Shown: one piece after another, positions 48,260 to 62,900 of the stretch
Layout of the letters: every line of letters begins with the position of its first letter
Numbering within the stretch: the first letter of the stretch is position 1
NCBI GenBank assembly: GCA_051294375.1
Contig: CM119263.1
Span: forward strand, 2,842,326 to 2,906,325
DNA: 64,000 nt
Reading direction: 5' to 3'
Source: Paraspadella gotoi
Taxonomy: Eukaryota > Animalia > Chaetognatha
Program-made: the position numbers and the translations under genes
The notes under the pieces: model-generated
The model's database searches: none
What the model saw: the letters and a program-made list of their open reading frames with translations, nothing else
Told to the model about the DNA's origin: nothing

Positions 48260-51200
48260 TCTCACTGTGAAAAGAAAAGGGAAAAACGTGATAATGAAGG
48301 ACGAATCAGCATAAAGAGGACGAGGCGAGTGAATGGGAGAAGAGGGTGAGAGGGTGAGAGGGGTTANNNNNNNNNNNNNNNNNNNNNNNNNNNNNNNNNN
48401 NNNNNNNNNNNNNNNNNNNNNNNNNNNNNNNNNNNNNNNNNNNNNNNNNNNNNNNNNNNNNNNNNNNNNNNNNNNNNNNNNNNNNNNNNNNNNNNNNNNN
48501 NNNNNNNNNNNNNNNNNNNNNNNNNNNNNNNNNNNNNNNNNNNNNNNNNNNNNNNNNNNNNNNNNNNNNNNNNNNNNNATCAGGATATCACGGTGAGAGA
48601 CAACAACAACAACAACAAATAATGCAAGAAATCGAGCAAATCGGCCAATCACTTCTTCTGAGTTTTTGCAAAAGACGAAAAAGTATTTTTTCGTTTTGAA
48701 AAGAAAATATAATAATTATTAATAATATTAATAANNNNNNNNNNNNNNNNNNNNNNNNNNNNNNNNNNNNNNNNNNNNNNNNNNNNNNNNNNNNNNNNNN
48801 NNNNNNNNNNNNNNNNNNNNNNNNNNNNNNNNNNNNNNNNNNNNNNNNNNNNNNNNNNNNNNNNNNNNNNNNNNNNNNNNNNNNNNNNNNNNNNNNNNNN
48901 NNNNNNNNNNNNNNNNNNNNNNNNNNNNNNNNNNNNNNNNNNNNNNNNNNNNNNNNNNNNNNNNNNNNNNNNNNNNNNNNNNNNNNNNNNNNNNNNNNNN
49001 NNNNNNNNNNNNNNNNNNNNNNNNNNNNNNNNNNNNNNNNNNNNNNNNNNNNNNNNNNNNNNNNNNNNNNNNNNNNNNNNNNNNNNNNNNNNNNNNNNNN
49101 NNNNNNNNNNNNNNNNNNNNNNNNNNNNNNNNNNNNNNNNNNNNNNNNNNNNNNNNNNNNNNNNNNNNNNNNNNNNNNNNNNNNNNNNNNNNNNNNNNNN
49201 NNNNNNNNNNNNNNNNNNNNNNNNNNNNNNNNNNNNNNNNNNNNNNNNNNNNNNNNNNNNNNNNNNNNNNNNNNNNNNNNNNNNNNNNNNNNNNNNNNNN
49301 NTGTAAGACACAAATAATGAAAGTATCTAAAGCTTCTTTGAGGATTGAGGAAACCAACGATAGATATCGCGCGGGTATAAAAAAAAGAGAAATTTCACAA
49401 GGACGGCACTGTGGAATGTGTCTCTAGCGGAACAACGCCTCAAGATGGCGGCGACGCATAGATTCTCTTTGTTGGCGCCGCAATAATGACGCCGCGCAGA
49501 ACTCGGTCTTCGGCGCCGGCGTCATAGTCTTTGTCTTTGTCGGCGCCGCCATCGTGCGGGAGTCGAACCACGGCTCAACGAATCCTGTTTATTTAGTTGA
49601 GCTTTTTTATCCTCGCTTCTTACGAGAGTGATCGGTAGAGTGTGTAATTGTCAAGGATTGTCCGAGTCTTTTGCAAACCGAGATCGACGCCCGCGTAAAA
49701 GCTGGTCAAAAAGCGACAAGTGCGAGCGAGAGAGAGAGGACCCGGAGGAGAGAAGAAAAATATAGGTGGTCTGAAGAGTGCCGAGAGCCCGCCCGAACAA
49801 TGAAGGAGAAGATTATGACGCAATCAACAATTACAATTAACCTTCGATTTAATAGAGATAATAGTGCATAAAGGGGTTGTGGGAATGGCACCAAGTTTAG
49901 GAAAATATAAAATTGTAACATTGTTAGTTTTACCGTTTCAAACCTCTATTTCGTCAGAGCACTGAATACTTGAATAAATTAGGATACGACTATTCCGTTA
50001 GTTTGCGAATGAAATTGAATTTGAACACTCTTTTTCAGTAACAACCTGCTTTTTTTTTTTCGCTCGAAAAACCCTGGGACGACTGCCTCGTTTCGTCGAT
50101 GACACGCAAACCAATCACTCCGCAACCAACTTCCTGCGTTCGCGTTAAACTTTTGTTCGTCTTAACGACGCATCGGGCATGTATTCTTTGCCGGCCGGAA
50201 TTATGGAAAAAGGAAAAAAACCCGGCGAAAAAAAAAAAAAATGAGGAAAAGAAACGAGGATAGGAAATGACCGCATTAGGGCGCGACCAAGAAAAGGGCA
50301 CAGGAGATCGGCAGGAAAATTGTCCGCTCTCCGCTGGAACGGATTCATTTCCCTAGGTGGAGAAAACATCAAGAGGACCAGAGGAGGAAGAGGAGAATGC
50401 ACCGAATCTTTTATTCATTCGCGGGCTTGAAATATGATCCAACTAGGAGAGAAAGGAGTACGGAGAAATGAAAAAAGAGAAGAGATAGATTAATGAATAC
50501 GGATGCGGAGAGTAGAAGCGAGAGGAGATGAAGGGTGAGAGAAGATAGAGACGAGAGACCGTGGAGATGGGATGCATTGATCGAGCAGCAGAGAGACTAG
50601 CAAAAGGGACGTATCAGAGAGGAGAGCACGTTCTTCTCTATGACAACGCAAGACTTATGTTGCACGTAGTGAAGAACAGCAAACAGAAATAACAACGAAC
50701 TGTGCGCAATTGTTATGTGTTACGTATGGTAAGTGGGATGAAATCTTCGAGACCATCGGAATTTCTTTCTGTACTGGAACGCGTTATGCAAGATGCAAGA
50801 GACGAGCGTTCTAGTAAACTCTCAAACGATGACGAAGACTCTCCTCATTACGGACGGACTCGAGTGATTTGACCTCTCTGGCACAAAACCGACGAAGGGT
50901 GAGTGAATATCTCATACTGAATTATTTATGTGATATCTCAGCCTTAGCAGACGGACAATGATCTCGGACATGCCATTAGCTTTGAACAGATGTCGTTATA
51001 TTGCGACCGGATTATCTCTATACCGATAAGACTCTCACCAATCGTCTCGAGCTGTGTGTGACATTGATATCCTTATCGGTTGGTAAGTGCCATCCGCTTT
51101 TCACCGGCTCTTAAGTCGTGTGAACTCGACGGAGAGCGACAGCAATGACTCGTCGACGACGACACGACTCAGGACGGAGCGCCACTCCGATACGAGCGAA

Positions 51201-53106
51201 CTGTACTCGGATCTGACGCGCACGACGAACTCGACGCGACGAGGCATGAGTGAATCTTCACTGTGAAAAGAAAAGCGTGGCGTGGAGGACCTAAACTCCT
51301 CTTCACCCACGTTTTGCGGTTCATCCACTGGAAGGGGCCGACGAATCAGCACTCTACCAACGACTGGGACAGAGCGGCGACCGTGTGGAATGGGGAGAAA
51401 GATGGGTGAGAGGGTGAGAGGGCGGGGTTATGGGGGGGAGAGAATGGAAATGACCCGACGAATCCTTATGAGAAAAATTTAACATGAAAGTTCTTTGATC
51501 AGATATCACGGTGGAGAGACAACAACAACAATCAAACCAACAACAAATAATGCAAGAAATCGAAGCTTTAATCGGCCAATTCATTCGCTTCTGAGTTTTA
51601 GACAAAAGACGAGAAGTATTTTTTCGTTTTTCGAAAAAAAAATATAATATAATATTAATAATATTAAATAATTATTATATGATATTATTTAATCTTAATT
51701 AATATAATTAATATATTTATCTAAAATGTTTTTCCTACATCAACGACCCCTATTTCTTCAAAGTTTACCTATAAGATTTCTTGGTTTTCAAGACTCAATA
51801 GAGGACGGAAGACTCATTTTCAGAAAGAATAAATTTATTGACACTTGAAGAAGCATTCCAGTGACTCCTCCTCCACCCCGCTCCCTTTCGGTGTCTAAAT
51901 CGTGCCTTATTCATTCCCAAAATCGATCAAGATGGCGCGCCTTTCGTCTCTCTTCCTTCGCCAGATGATGGAGGGACTGTTTTATATTATATAGCTCGTA
52001 CAACTTATAGTTAACAACTACTCTCGACTCTAATTCTTCTACTCATTTACGTGTTACGAGCGACTATTAACTGAAAAGACAACATGACGGAGGAAAAACG
52101 TAAATACACGACTAATGCAGTTTTATATCTCTATTATCGCACTCGCTCTCTGCGACGCGTTCTCTTTTTTTTATTGTTTTCTCAACCGGCGTCGGTTTTA
52201 TACTGCTTCTGGCGTCTCTCTTTTATGCACACTTAGTAAAAACACTACGGCGTATGGTCGGAGAGATGAGGCGCGATGTAATCGGGCGCCGGAAACGATA
52301 TCTACACCTGGTGTCATAGATTACTCTCCACAGTGCGAGCGTGTGTCATACTGCTGACTTGATGATTTTGTTCTATTTTAAATCCTTTTGTGATATATCT
52401 CTCCTAGTCGTTTTCTCTCATCTGCTGTTCATATTATTCGGTTTCCGCTATGTCGGTCTTTATTCGATCTTTCGGTCGGGTTTTTCTGTCGGTCTGCTTT
52501 TGTCTGCCGCCGATCTAATTCGATTTCAGAGTCGTCCTCACCATAGCGGAGTCAGGATCGCCTATTTCTCAACGTGAGTTTATAACGAGAACCCTTTATG
52601 TGATTTCATACGAATGCACAATAATAACTCGCGGAACATCTATGTACTCCTAAAGCTTACTGTCTTGGAATTGATTCAGGAAACAACGAATAGATATACA
52701 GTGGGAGCTGTAATTTCGTTCTTATATACAAAACAATACATGCGAAGAAACAAAAAATATTTCCCAAAGTGACGCACTGTGGTAATTGCCTCTACCCTCT
52801 AGCACGGAACAATGCAGCCTTCAAGATGGCTGTCGAGACTGCTCAGTGATATGATTCGTGCTTGTTGGCGCCGCAATAATGACGCCCGCGAACAGAACTC
52901 GAGTGCGTGCGAGCGCCCTGCCTGTCTCATAGTTCTCTTGAGCTCTCTTTGTACTGGCTGGCCGCACTGATCCTACGGTTGCGGAGGTAGTTTCGAAGCC
53001 ACGCCTTCAATCTCTGAATGTTCTCCCTCATATATAGCGCTTGAGCTATTTTATATCCTCGCGTATCTTTGCCGACTCGCTCTCGATGCTCTCTCTTCCT
53101 GTGCTT

Positions 53107-53185
<79 letters not shown>

Positions 53186-55530
53186 ATCTGCTCTCTCGGT
53201 CTTCCTAACTTAATGATGGAGGCTTTTTTATTATAGTTGGTTTTGCTGGATTCGAAATTTTTTTCGCATCACGCTTGCCAAGGCATTGCATTTTGTGAAA
53301 AAAAAATTTTTTCATTTACTTACCTTGAGTTTCCAGGTCGACCTCGATATTTNNNNNNNNNNNNNNNNNNNNNNNNNCTCTCTCTCTCTCTCTCTTTCTC
53401 TCTCTTCCTCTCGCGTCCTAGAGACCAGACGTCAGAGTGCAAGAGCCTCTCCCCGGATCCGGAGAGAAATAATTAAGGCTTTCCTCAATAAAAAAAATCA
53501 TTATCATAAAAATAAAATAATAAGAATAAGATGAAAATTTAAGAAATAAAAGAATAAATATGTTTAAATATAAGAATACAATTAAAAAATTATAAAATTA
53601 TAAACTTAGAAATAATAAATTCTCTTCATAAAATGAACGTTTTTAGTAATGAATTTTTTTTAATTACAAAATTGTAGATATAGATATTTAGATATATATA
53701 CTATAGATTCTATAGGTTAGTCAAATTTAGAAAAAGACGCTCGCCACCGCCGATACATTTGGNNNNNNNNNNCCCCACCGCGGCAGAGTTTCCGCGGTCG
53801 GGATCCATTCATCATGAGTCGGAAACGTCGGTTGTGGTGCTCGTCTCGGGTCTGGAACCGGAAGTTAAAGACAAGGATGTTGAAGCATCGACCCGTGGGG
53901 CGCATGAGATAGGGCATTTCTTGGCCTCGAAGCTAGGGGGCGGGAAAGACATGGCTCTCAACGCTTCAGGAGAAGGAGTGCGTCTTACATGCCTCATTGC
54001 CTCATCCCGTCTTGAGGAAATCGTGGCCTATTTTCCCAGAACGCCCCATTTTAATCTTAAACTCAAAATCAGGTTAATTTTTAAAGATAAAGATTAGATT
54101 AGAGGTTATGGTTATGGATTTGGTTATGGATTAGATGAGTAATTTAGGCTAGGGACCTGGTTTGGGATTAGGGTTAGATATTCGGATTATGGTCTAGTGT
54201 TTAGGGTAAAAGATTAAGATTAAAAATCGGAAAAAAGATGAAAATCTGAGAACACGACTTTTCACAGTTTTCACAACTCTAAAGTTTACTCTTGTCTCAA
54301 TCCATTGGGTGAGGCAACTGACCAAAACTCTTCGATTAGCACAGCACAGATCTATTCTAGTAATACATCCACCCGCCAAGTCTCTTAATTTTCAGTTAGT
54401 CAGATATGTGAAACTATTAAACTAAAAACTCCGAGTAGCCTTAGTAACTGGAAAAAAAAAAAAACCCATCCATATTTCCTAAATCTTTTCGATTCTCTCT
54501 CTCTTCTTTAGTTTCAGCCTCAGGAAAGGTTTTTTCTTCTTACTCCCACTCATTGGGTGATATAATCACTGATGTGAAGTTCACAGCTTAAAAGTACCCC
54601 TTTGATCCTAAGGCTGACCCCGATACTTTCCCCTCTGGCACTCTCACCGCTCAGTCCGGAGATATACCACTCCAATTTCACTGCGAGGGACTTTTTTTTC
54701 CTTTTCCTTTCGTCGCCATCTGATGTCAGCTTCGTTTGCTTTGTCGGCGTCCGTTTATCAGCACATCGGATCTTTTTGTCGGCATCATTGTTCAGCTTTC
54801 ATTTGCTTTGGGTCGGCATCATTATCAGCTACGGATCCTTTTGTCGGCGGTCGTTGTCAAGCTTCCTTTGCTTCTGGTACGGCTCATTATCAGTATCTCG
54901 GATCCTTTGGTCGGCGTCATTAATCAGCATCGGAATCCTTTGTCGGACGTCGTTTGTCAGCTTCGTTTGCATTGTCGGCGTAGTTTATCACCCTTGGACA
55001 TCTTTTTGTCGGCGTGATTGTCAAGCTCATTTGCTTTGTTCGGCATTCATTATCAGCCTCAGAGATCCTTTGTCGTCGGCGTCGTTGTTGTCGCTTCCTT
55101 TTGCTTTGTCGGCATCATTATCACCTCGGATCTTTGTCAGCCGTCATAATTATCAGCTCGTATCCTTTGTCGGTGTCGTTGTCCAGTTTCGTTTGCATTG
55201 TCGGCCGTCGTTGTCCAGCTTCATAATTGTTTTTTTTTTCGGAGTCTTTTGTCAGCCTTTCGGGATCCTTTATATGTATCGTACGGCGTCAATGGTGTTG
55301 TTTTCGAACTTTACTTATGTCTGTTCAGCCCGTCGTTATCCGGGTCTTGATTCCTCAGGGTCTTAATCTCAGCTTTGACTTAGAGAATCCAAATGTACTA
55401 CACATTTTTTTTTTTTTTACGGTTCCTCGACTCTCTCTTGCATTTCCAGTGAGGAGAGAGAGGAGAGAGAAGAGAGGGAGAGGAGAGAAAGAGAGAGGAG
55501 AGAGAGAAAGAAAGAGAGAGAAAGGACGAG

Positions 55531-55571
<41 letters not shown>

Positions 55572-56815
55572 AAGGGACAGAGCATCAGCGACGACCCATT
55601 CCGAGAAATCTGAACTCGTCACCCTGAAACAGTGGACATCGAACTGAATTAACCCCCAGTAGTTGACAAATCCTGGATTTTATGCCATATTGTTATTCGC
55701 CATTCCACTATAGCGAATCAAAGATTATCGATGCGGATTTATGCGTTATTAATCTAATATTTAATAAAATTCAATTAATATCAAAACCATATGACGCTTT
55801 TAGATAAAAGCAATTACAATTTTTTCTGCAAGTTTTAGTAAAAATCTACATACATAGTTTACTCCCAGTAGTATTTTTGTAGAAATTACAGGAAAAATTC
55901 AAATTCATCTAAACTTTCCAAAATAAATTCGTTTTTAAATCAAATCGCGCGTCAGTGTTGACTTCACCCAAACCTTGCCTCTTTTCCTCTTTTTCACAAG
56001 AACAACCACAATCCAACGACGAAACTATTGTTCCGCCGCCCTATGTATATATCATTCGCCATAGGCCGTACGACCCGCTCGGCTGGCCTCTGGTCTCTCC
56101 AGGGAGGACATTGCCATTTCCTTCTTAGAAAGAGGCATGGGCTTTGCCTTTCCGGTCACTGTCCTCACGTCGTTATGTCCATGCAAACNNNNNNNNNNNN
56201 NNNNNNNNNNNNNTAGAAAATCTACATACATAGTATCCAGTAGTTTTAGATTACGAATTCAAATTGCCATCTAAACTTTCCAAAATAAATTCAGTTTTTA
56301 AATCAAAATCGGGTCATTGACTTCACCCAACGCAGGAGAGATTCTTTCCTTTTTCACAGATCACAACAACGCTATTGTCGCCGCACCTANNNNNNNNNNN
56401 NNNNNNNNNNNNNNNNNNNNNNNNNNNNNNNNNNNNNNNNNNNNNNNNNNNNNNNNNNNNNNNNNNNNNNNNNNNNNNNNNNNNNNNNNNNNNNNNNNNN
56501 NNNNNNNNNNNNNNGTATATCATCATCAGGCCGACGACCCGTCGCTGCCCTTGGCCTCTCCAGGGGGGAATTGCCTTTCTTTCTTAGAAAGAGGCATGGG
56601 CTTGCTTTAGTCACTGTCCTCACGTGTTATGTCCATGCACTTTACCCCATTGTCTCCTTTATCAATGTTATTCCAGAGAAAGAGAGAGAGAGAGAGAGAT
56701 AGATAGATAGAGAGTGTGTGTGTTTCCTTTCTCCCCATCGCTTAAGATGATTATGGTTGGAAGGAAAAGTTCCAAGAGTCCCATCTGTTGATGGCAGAGC
56801 GGAAATTTGAGAGAG

Positions 56816-56856
<41 letters not shown>

Positions 56857-56995
56857 AGGAGATGATAAATTAATCGTCGAGTATAGCGAAATAGAGACTT
56901 TCTTTAATCTCTATGGATTAAATGATACATACTCGGAACATTATTTAATTCGCATCTCTGCAAACATTTAGAGAGAAGGAAAGGATGCATATCAA

Positions 56996-57609
56996 TAAGG
57001 CGTAGTAAAATTTCTAATTTAACTTTCTCTAAATTCCTAAAAGTGAGGAACAACACATTATACTAATGACATATATAATAAAAAAATTTTAGATATTTTA
57101 CAATTTACGCAGTAAGGGCCAATATTTTATACTAGTACTAATCCATAAATGTTAAATTTCAAAACAGTTTTTTTAAGTTTTTTTTTGGCAGATTTGGATT
57201 CGTCATAAAAGTTGATAAAAAGAAATATACTTTTTGAAAAATTCCTTATTAAGTGAGGTCAAAATTAAAAACATATTTTTAAGCTGAAATTAACTTTTAT
57301 TTAAATTTATAATTTATAATTTTTTATACATTAAATATTTTTTTTAATTTTTAACCCACTTAATGAAAGATTTTTAAAAATGATTTATATTTCTTTATCA
57401 ACTTTTGACGAGGAATTCAAATCTGCAATCAAAGTTAAGAAAGTATTTGAATTTTTTCGATTTTATAGGATAGTACTATATATAAATATAGCATACTGCG
57501 AAAATTAAGAAACACATAAATGATTTTTTTCACCAATTAATGTTACTGAGGTATGTTGTTCATAATTTACTTTTAGAATTTCCATACGTAATTCTTACTG
57601 ACGCCTTAA
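56996..57609. mobile_element. AT-rich fold-back element with long imperfect inverted arms
   Basis: Termini taaggcgtagtaa / ttactgacgcctta. Inner matches such as gcagatttggattcgtcataaaagttgataaaaagaaatata versus atatttctttatcaacttttgacgaggaattcaaatctgc. Confidence 0.6.
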
Positions 57610-57626
57610 TATCAATTATGTTTCAT

Positions 57627-57661
<35 letters not shown>

Positions 57662-57943
57662 CTCTATCTTTTTTAGTAAGATGATTATCGCTCTTAGGGA
57701 AAAGTTATTCGATCCAGTCCCATCNNNNNNNNNNTTTCTTCAGTTCAGCCTCAGGAAACGTTTTTTTTCTTACTCCCACTTCATTGGGTGATTAGTATCA
57801 CTGATGTGAAGTTCACAGCTTAAGTACCTTTGATCCTAAGCTGACCCCGATACTTTCCCTCTCTGCACTCCTCACCTCGTCCGAGATATACCCACCCAAT
57901 TTCACTGCGAGGGACTTTTTTTCTTTTCCTTCGGTCGCCATCG

Positions 57944-58280
57944 ATGTCAGCTTCGTTTGCTTTGTCGGCGTCGTTATCAGCCTCGGATCTTTTGTCGGCA
58001 TCATTGTCAGCTTCATTTGCTTTGTCGGCATCATTATCAGCCTCGGATCCTTTGTCGGCGTCGTTGTCAGCTTCCTTTGCTTTGTCGGCATCATTATCAG
58101 CCTCGGATCCTATGTCAGCGTCATTATCAGCCTCGTGTCCTTTGTCGGCGTCGTTGTCAGCTTCGTTTGCATTGTCGGCGTCGTTGTCAGCTTCATTTGT
58201 TTTTTCGGCGTCTTTGTCAGCCTCGGATCCTTTATCGGCGTCAATTTCGAACTTAATGTCTGTGTCAGCGTCGTTATCGG
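57944..58280 (-). repeat. 30-bp tandem repeat with 60-bp higher order; minus strand reads (EADNDADK-x-x)n; noisy second copy at ~54720-55345
   Basis: tttgtcggcgtcgttgtcagcttcgtttgc alternates with tttgtcggcatcattatcagcctcggatcc. The minus frame is stop-free from 58290 to ~57822. Confidence 0.85.
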
Positions 58281-58542
58281 TCTTGATTCCTCAGGGTCTT
58301 AATCTCAGCTTTGACTTAGAATCAAATGTACTACACATTTTTACGTTCTCCATTTCCAGTGANNNNNNNNNNNNNNNNNNNNNNNNNNNNNNNNNNNNNN
58401 NNNNNNNNNNNNNNNNNNNNNNNNNNNNNNNNNNNNNNNNNNNNNNNNNNNNNNNNNNNNNNNNNNNNNNNNNNNNNNNNNNNNNNNNNNNNNNNNNNNN
58501 NNNNNNNNNNNNNNNNNNNNNNNNNNNNNNNNNNNNNNNNNN

Positions 58543-58576
<34 letters not shown>

Positions 58577-59319
58577 GACCAAGTCATTCAGCCGCGCCCT
58601 TCCGAGAAATTAACTCGTCACCCTGAGTGACATCGAACTGATTAACCCAGAGTTGACAANNNNNNNNNNNNNNNNNNNNNNNNNGAGAGAAGAAGATAAT
58701 AAAGGAAGAAAGAGTTCATACGCCTTCAGTTATCCTTACCAGAACTGAATAATTCAGTTTTCGGCACTCTGTTCTCTCACACATTCTATTCCTCCTACTA
58801 CCTTCCCTCCATCCCTTACAGTGCGCAACAACCTACTACCGTGATACCAAATAGCGTTTCGATCCACTCCGCGCTCTGAGAACAATCGCGAGCGATTGAG
58901 CAATGTACGACGACGCGTCTTTGACCGAACTTGATCGATGAACAACTTTCCAGCCTCATGAGTAGAGGAGAGGAAGGGAGATAGAGAGAGAGAGAGGAAG
59001 GATGAGTATAATGCCGTCATTATGTATTATTTCCATAGAGGATGAGTATGAATAATGATGATGGAGCGGAGAGCAAGTGTTCTCCAAGTGAAAAAGTAAA
59101 GCGTTAATAGAGATAAAATAAAATACACTATTAGTGTAATGAGGTCGGTTTAACCCAGATATATCATAAACAGCTCACGTTAAACAGTTTCGGCCAATAG
59201 CAAATAAACAAAGCTAACACAAATACCTATTTTCAAGACTCGTGATCAACCTTTCAAATCACCAAGACGAAACATGATTCACCCAAGGGCAGACATGAGA
59301 GTTCGCTTGTCAAAATAAT

Positions 59320-62300
59320 CTTAAAAAAAAGAACTAATCGCGCCGAGATTCGATCATGTGCGTTGAGAATGGACCTCCCATCACTCTGAAATTATTTAAT
59401 AAACTTGCTATACCACATAAGCACTTGCGACCGTCACTGAGATAACAAAGTACCTGAGCAGGCCACAGACACTCATAATAACACACGACCCCTCCCCCCG
59501 CACCCATCAAGAGCCCTGAAGGCACAGGTAGAAACTGGATATAGACCTTGCCTCCTCATACACTTCGACATTCTTTAAAGTAATGACTCCTACATCGCAG
59601 CCAATCATGCAATTCAATGAAAGACCCTTCGCCATCACTGACCTCATTGATTAAATAGACCATCGCCGGTCGCTGATTATCCTGCCGGCAGACGATGCGT
59701 CGCAAACGTCATCTCTTCAGTCGTCCGTCGAGCCACTTGATGGATTGGACGCCTCGTTAGAGAACTCGTCGGATCAGCTCTGCCGACGCATCGCTCTCTA
59801 CTTGATGACACCGCGCGGAAGCTGGCTTTCAATGCAGATTGTTCTATACTTAAATTGCTGACGATGGCATAATAAATTATATCATAAGTTTAAGTTTAAT
59901 TCGCTTACATATACAATTGCAGCGAATGGAGAATACTATCATGAAGCCTCTGAATTGGTACTCCAGGGAGTATGACATTCAGTCCTAAACGCCCATCACG
60001 AAATCAAAAGACATAATCTTCAAAGGTTCATGAAGTGTGAAACAAAAACCAAGCATTAAAATATGTCTTATATCCATTCAAATCAAAAGTGCAATCGAGC
60101 AACAATCATCACTTATAGATTACTTGAAAAGTTTTTCCGCTTTTAAGTCTCAAAATTTTTCGTTATTTGCTCGCGGTTTTTATTTTTTAAACTCAAAGTT
60201 TTAATTTAATCTGAGTGAAGTAGGATGAACAATAGAACGCCAATTATTACTTTTCGTCGCACGTCGTCGACGCGATGTCGCTGTTGACCCACTGCCAGGT
60301 TTACGATACAAGCAATAACCGGTGTAGTTTATTTATCAACCGACAGAGACGCTGAACTCATACAGGCCGCTGTTCGCTATTCCCGCCCCCACCCGAGTAT
60401 TGATTCTATTGAAAACAGTAGCCACTTGTCTTTAGGATCGAGAACTTTCCCATTGATATAAACGGTCTCCGCTCGAAATTTTGAAACAGATGTTATTCAG
60501 TGTATCATCCCTCAATTCCAATAAAGGCTCGCCACATGGGTAGGTAAGAGCGAGGCTACAGGCGGCGAATGGAATTTGAGCCTCTCCAACACACTTCAAG
60601 AAGCATAGCGCCTTATGAACGTGACGTTAGACTGTCAGAAGGAATCATTCAATTGTTGCTCGTCCCGTGCTCTCTGTTGCAGCCCAGGAACAGGTGAGGA
60701 AATGAAATTCGTCACCGAACCTGAGATCTGAGAATCTTAGGATTAATGATAGTGAGTAATACTAAAAAGGATCAGCTGAGATAAATAGGAGGTTGACAAA
60801 GTGTTAATGTGAGGAAATACAGAACAGAAGGTATGCTGGTTAGAGAAATCGCAGTTAGAGAGAACCAATTAGAATGCAAACTAGAATAAAATTGCGTGTG
60901 ATCGGTTATGACCGGACCCCCGCTACACTGGCGTAAGATGTAGAGAAGAATTATAGATACCATTATATAATGTAAGAACATGTATCGCGATTACCGTAGA
61001 TTGAGTCCACATTATTTATTAGATGAAATCCCCCAAATCCAGCTCTCAAAACCCACCGAATGCGAATACGAACACACACACGTGGCTGGCCCGGAATACC
61101 ATTGTAGACCAGACTAGTCTTATAGGGACCTTACAATCTCTCAGAAATTCCGTGATCCGACCGATGTGCGTTCATGTATATGGAGAGAAATACGCCGAGC
61201 ATATATGTATGCGAAGAGGAAGACAATATATCCATGTAAATGAGCGATGGTAGCTATAACACTCAGAGAATTATGAAAGACAGAGTGAAAAAAAAGTATG
61301 CAAAATCGCGGATTGAAACAACGAAATACAAATCGGAAAGAGAGAAAAATAAATCACGGAAGAGAGAGATGAAACAGTATGTTTGTAATAACACATAAAT
61401 AACGTATAATATGTTAGATTCACAGCAAACTCTGTTTTTGTGCGATCTACATTAATATAAATGTGATAGCGAGATATTTTAGAGTATGTATTCAGAGTGT
61501 CACAACACGCTCTACAGTAACATGTCACACCTATACAGTTACCTTGACACACTTGGAGTCTATGTTCATGTGCGGAGATTTCTGCACTTAAAGAATCCGG
61601 TCACGTCTATGCAAACGGTTCCATTAAATCCGCAGCCCAAGAAATATTTGTGGTCAGTTTGGATGCGACCCTGTGGGTCCACCGCATGTTGCTGAGTATC
61701 CTATTACCGTCGCTATAGCGTGACACACCCCTGCTGTCCTTAGAGCTGAATGAAACCTGTCACGCCGAGAGAACCCAGAGACTTGGTGATACCAGAGAGC
61801 CAATTTCGCTCGAAATAGCCTCAGTCGCGCCGATATGGTAGCCAGTGAGGAGTGTAGGTTGAGGATCTTACAGGTATGCAGGGAAAGCCGGGTCAGACGC
61901 AGTAGCAAGAACAGAAATTCAGAGCCAGTCGTTTCATCTCCAATAAATAAAATAATAATTAAAGTTCCACTATATTCAACGGTCGAGAAAATATCTTAAT
62001 CGAACTTAATCTTTTTCCCCACTCTTCTCTCAAACCATTATTAAAAATGTAAGTCTATTATTAATATTTATTTCGATTTCGGTTGACTATACTAATGGAA
62101 AAAAGACTATAGCGACACATGCAGAGATAGCAAGAGCAGCTATGAAGATCAATTAGACTGTCCAATACGCTGCAAAAGTTGTAAAAAAATGATAAAGGAG
62201 AAATGCGTACCCGTTGATGAATCACCGAGCGTAACAGAAAGTTTCAATTCAGAAATTAAAAGTCGAGAGAAGAATCCGAGGAGCGGAGATAAAATTAGTC

Positions 62301-62900
62301 ACGAAACATTGATAAACCCCTCTAACCCGAGCCACCTATTCGTTAAAAGATTCCTCGCCGCAAACGTCCCTGACCCTCACCTCCACTCCACACTCGCAGT
62401 TGGCTGTGCGTGGCCCACGCACCCGTTGTGTCTCGTTTCTCGCTTGTACCTCTCTTCTCAATCTGACGTAAAAAATCTCGGAAAAACTCCACACACCCGA
62501 TGACGTAAAAGTTCGCCGTTCCTCCCCTGGCGATGGTTGGTTTTGCAGAGAGGAGACTAGTCTCCCGCCTGAAATGGCGGGAGGAGTGTTTTGCGAAGAA
62601 GCGTAGATTTTGTAGGTTTAAAATGAGCGTGTGATTCCTGCACGAACAGGGGGATAAAATGACAGGCGAATCGATTTTTGTAATGTTTAATTTTGGCGGG
62701 GCGGCGGAGAAGTAAAATAGAAAAATGTCATGAAAAGAAAGGCAAGAATACGTGGCGTTTTCACTTGAGCGAATACCAGTCATCCAAAGGCGACACTCCC
62801 AGTCCGTTGCGTCTGAAAAAAGCGTGCCAAACACTGACCATCAGGCCTATATGAAAAAGTTTCTCTAAAATTCTTAGTAAAAGTCCCAACTACTGACCAA
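59320..62900. other. Highly indel-rich copy of ~36080-38950 (three PKA-R exons and the nested cystatin); most likely an uncorrected long read inserted in the assembly
   Basis: Collinear with 36080-38950 (e.g. taagtttaagtttaattcgctta, gtcgtcgacgcgatg, caggtgaggaa, gatgacgtaaaagt) but with dense short insertions in exons and introns alike. Confidence 0.8.

Noticed and set aside
49441-49452. CAAGATGGCGGC YY1-like motif as a promoter
   Set aside because: The motif is present but there is no adjacent identifiable gene and the region is flanked by gaps and noisy duplicates.
57944-58630. Plus-strand SASLSAS-repeat ORF (and 54602-55366)
   Set aside because: Antisense reading of the EADNDADK repeat; it runs into an N gap, and the 54.6-kb version is an error-rich duplicate.
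59320-62900. PKA-R/cystatin pseudogene from an old segmental duplication
   Set aside because: Divergence is dominated by short insertions spread equally over exons and introns, the pattern of raw long-read error rather than evolutionary decay.
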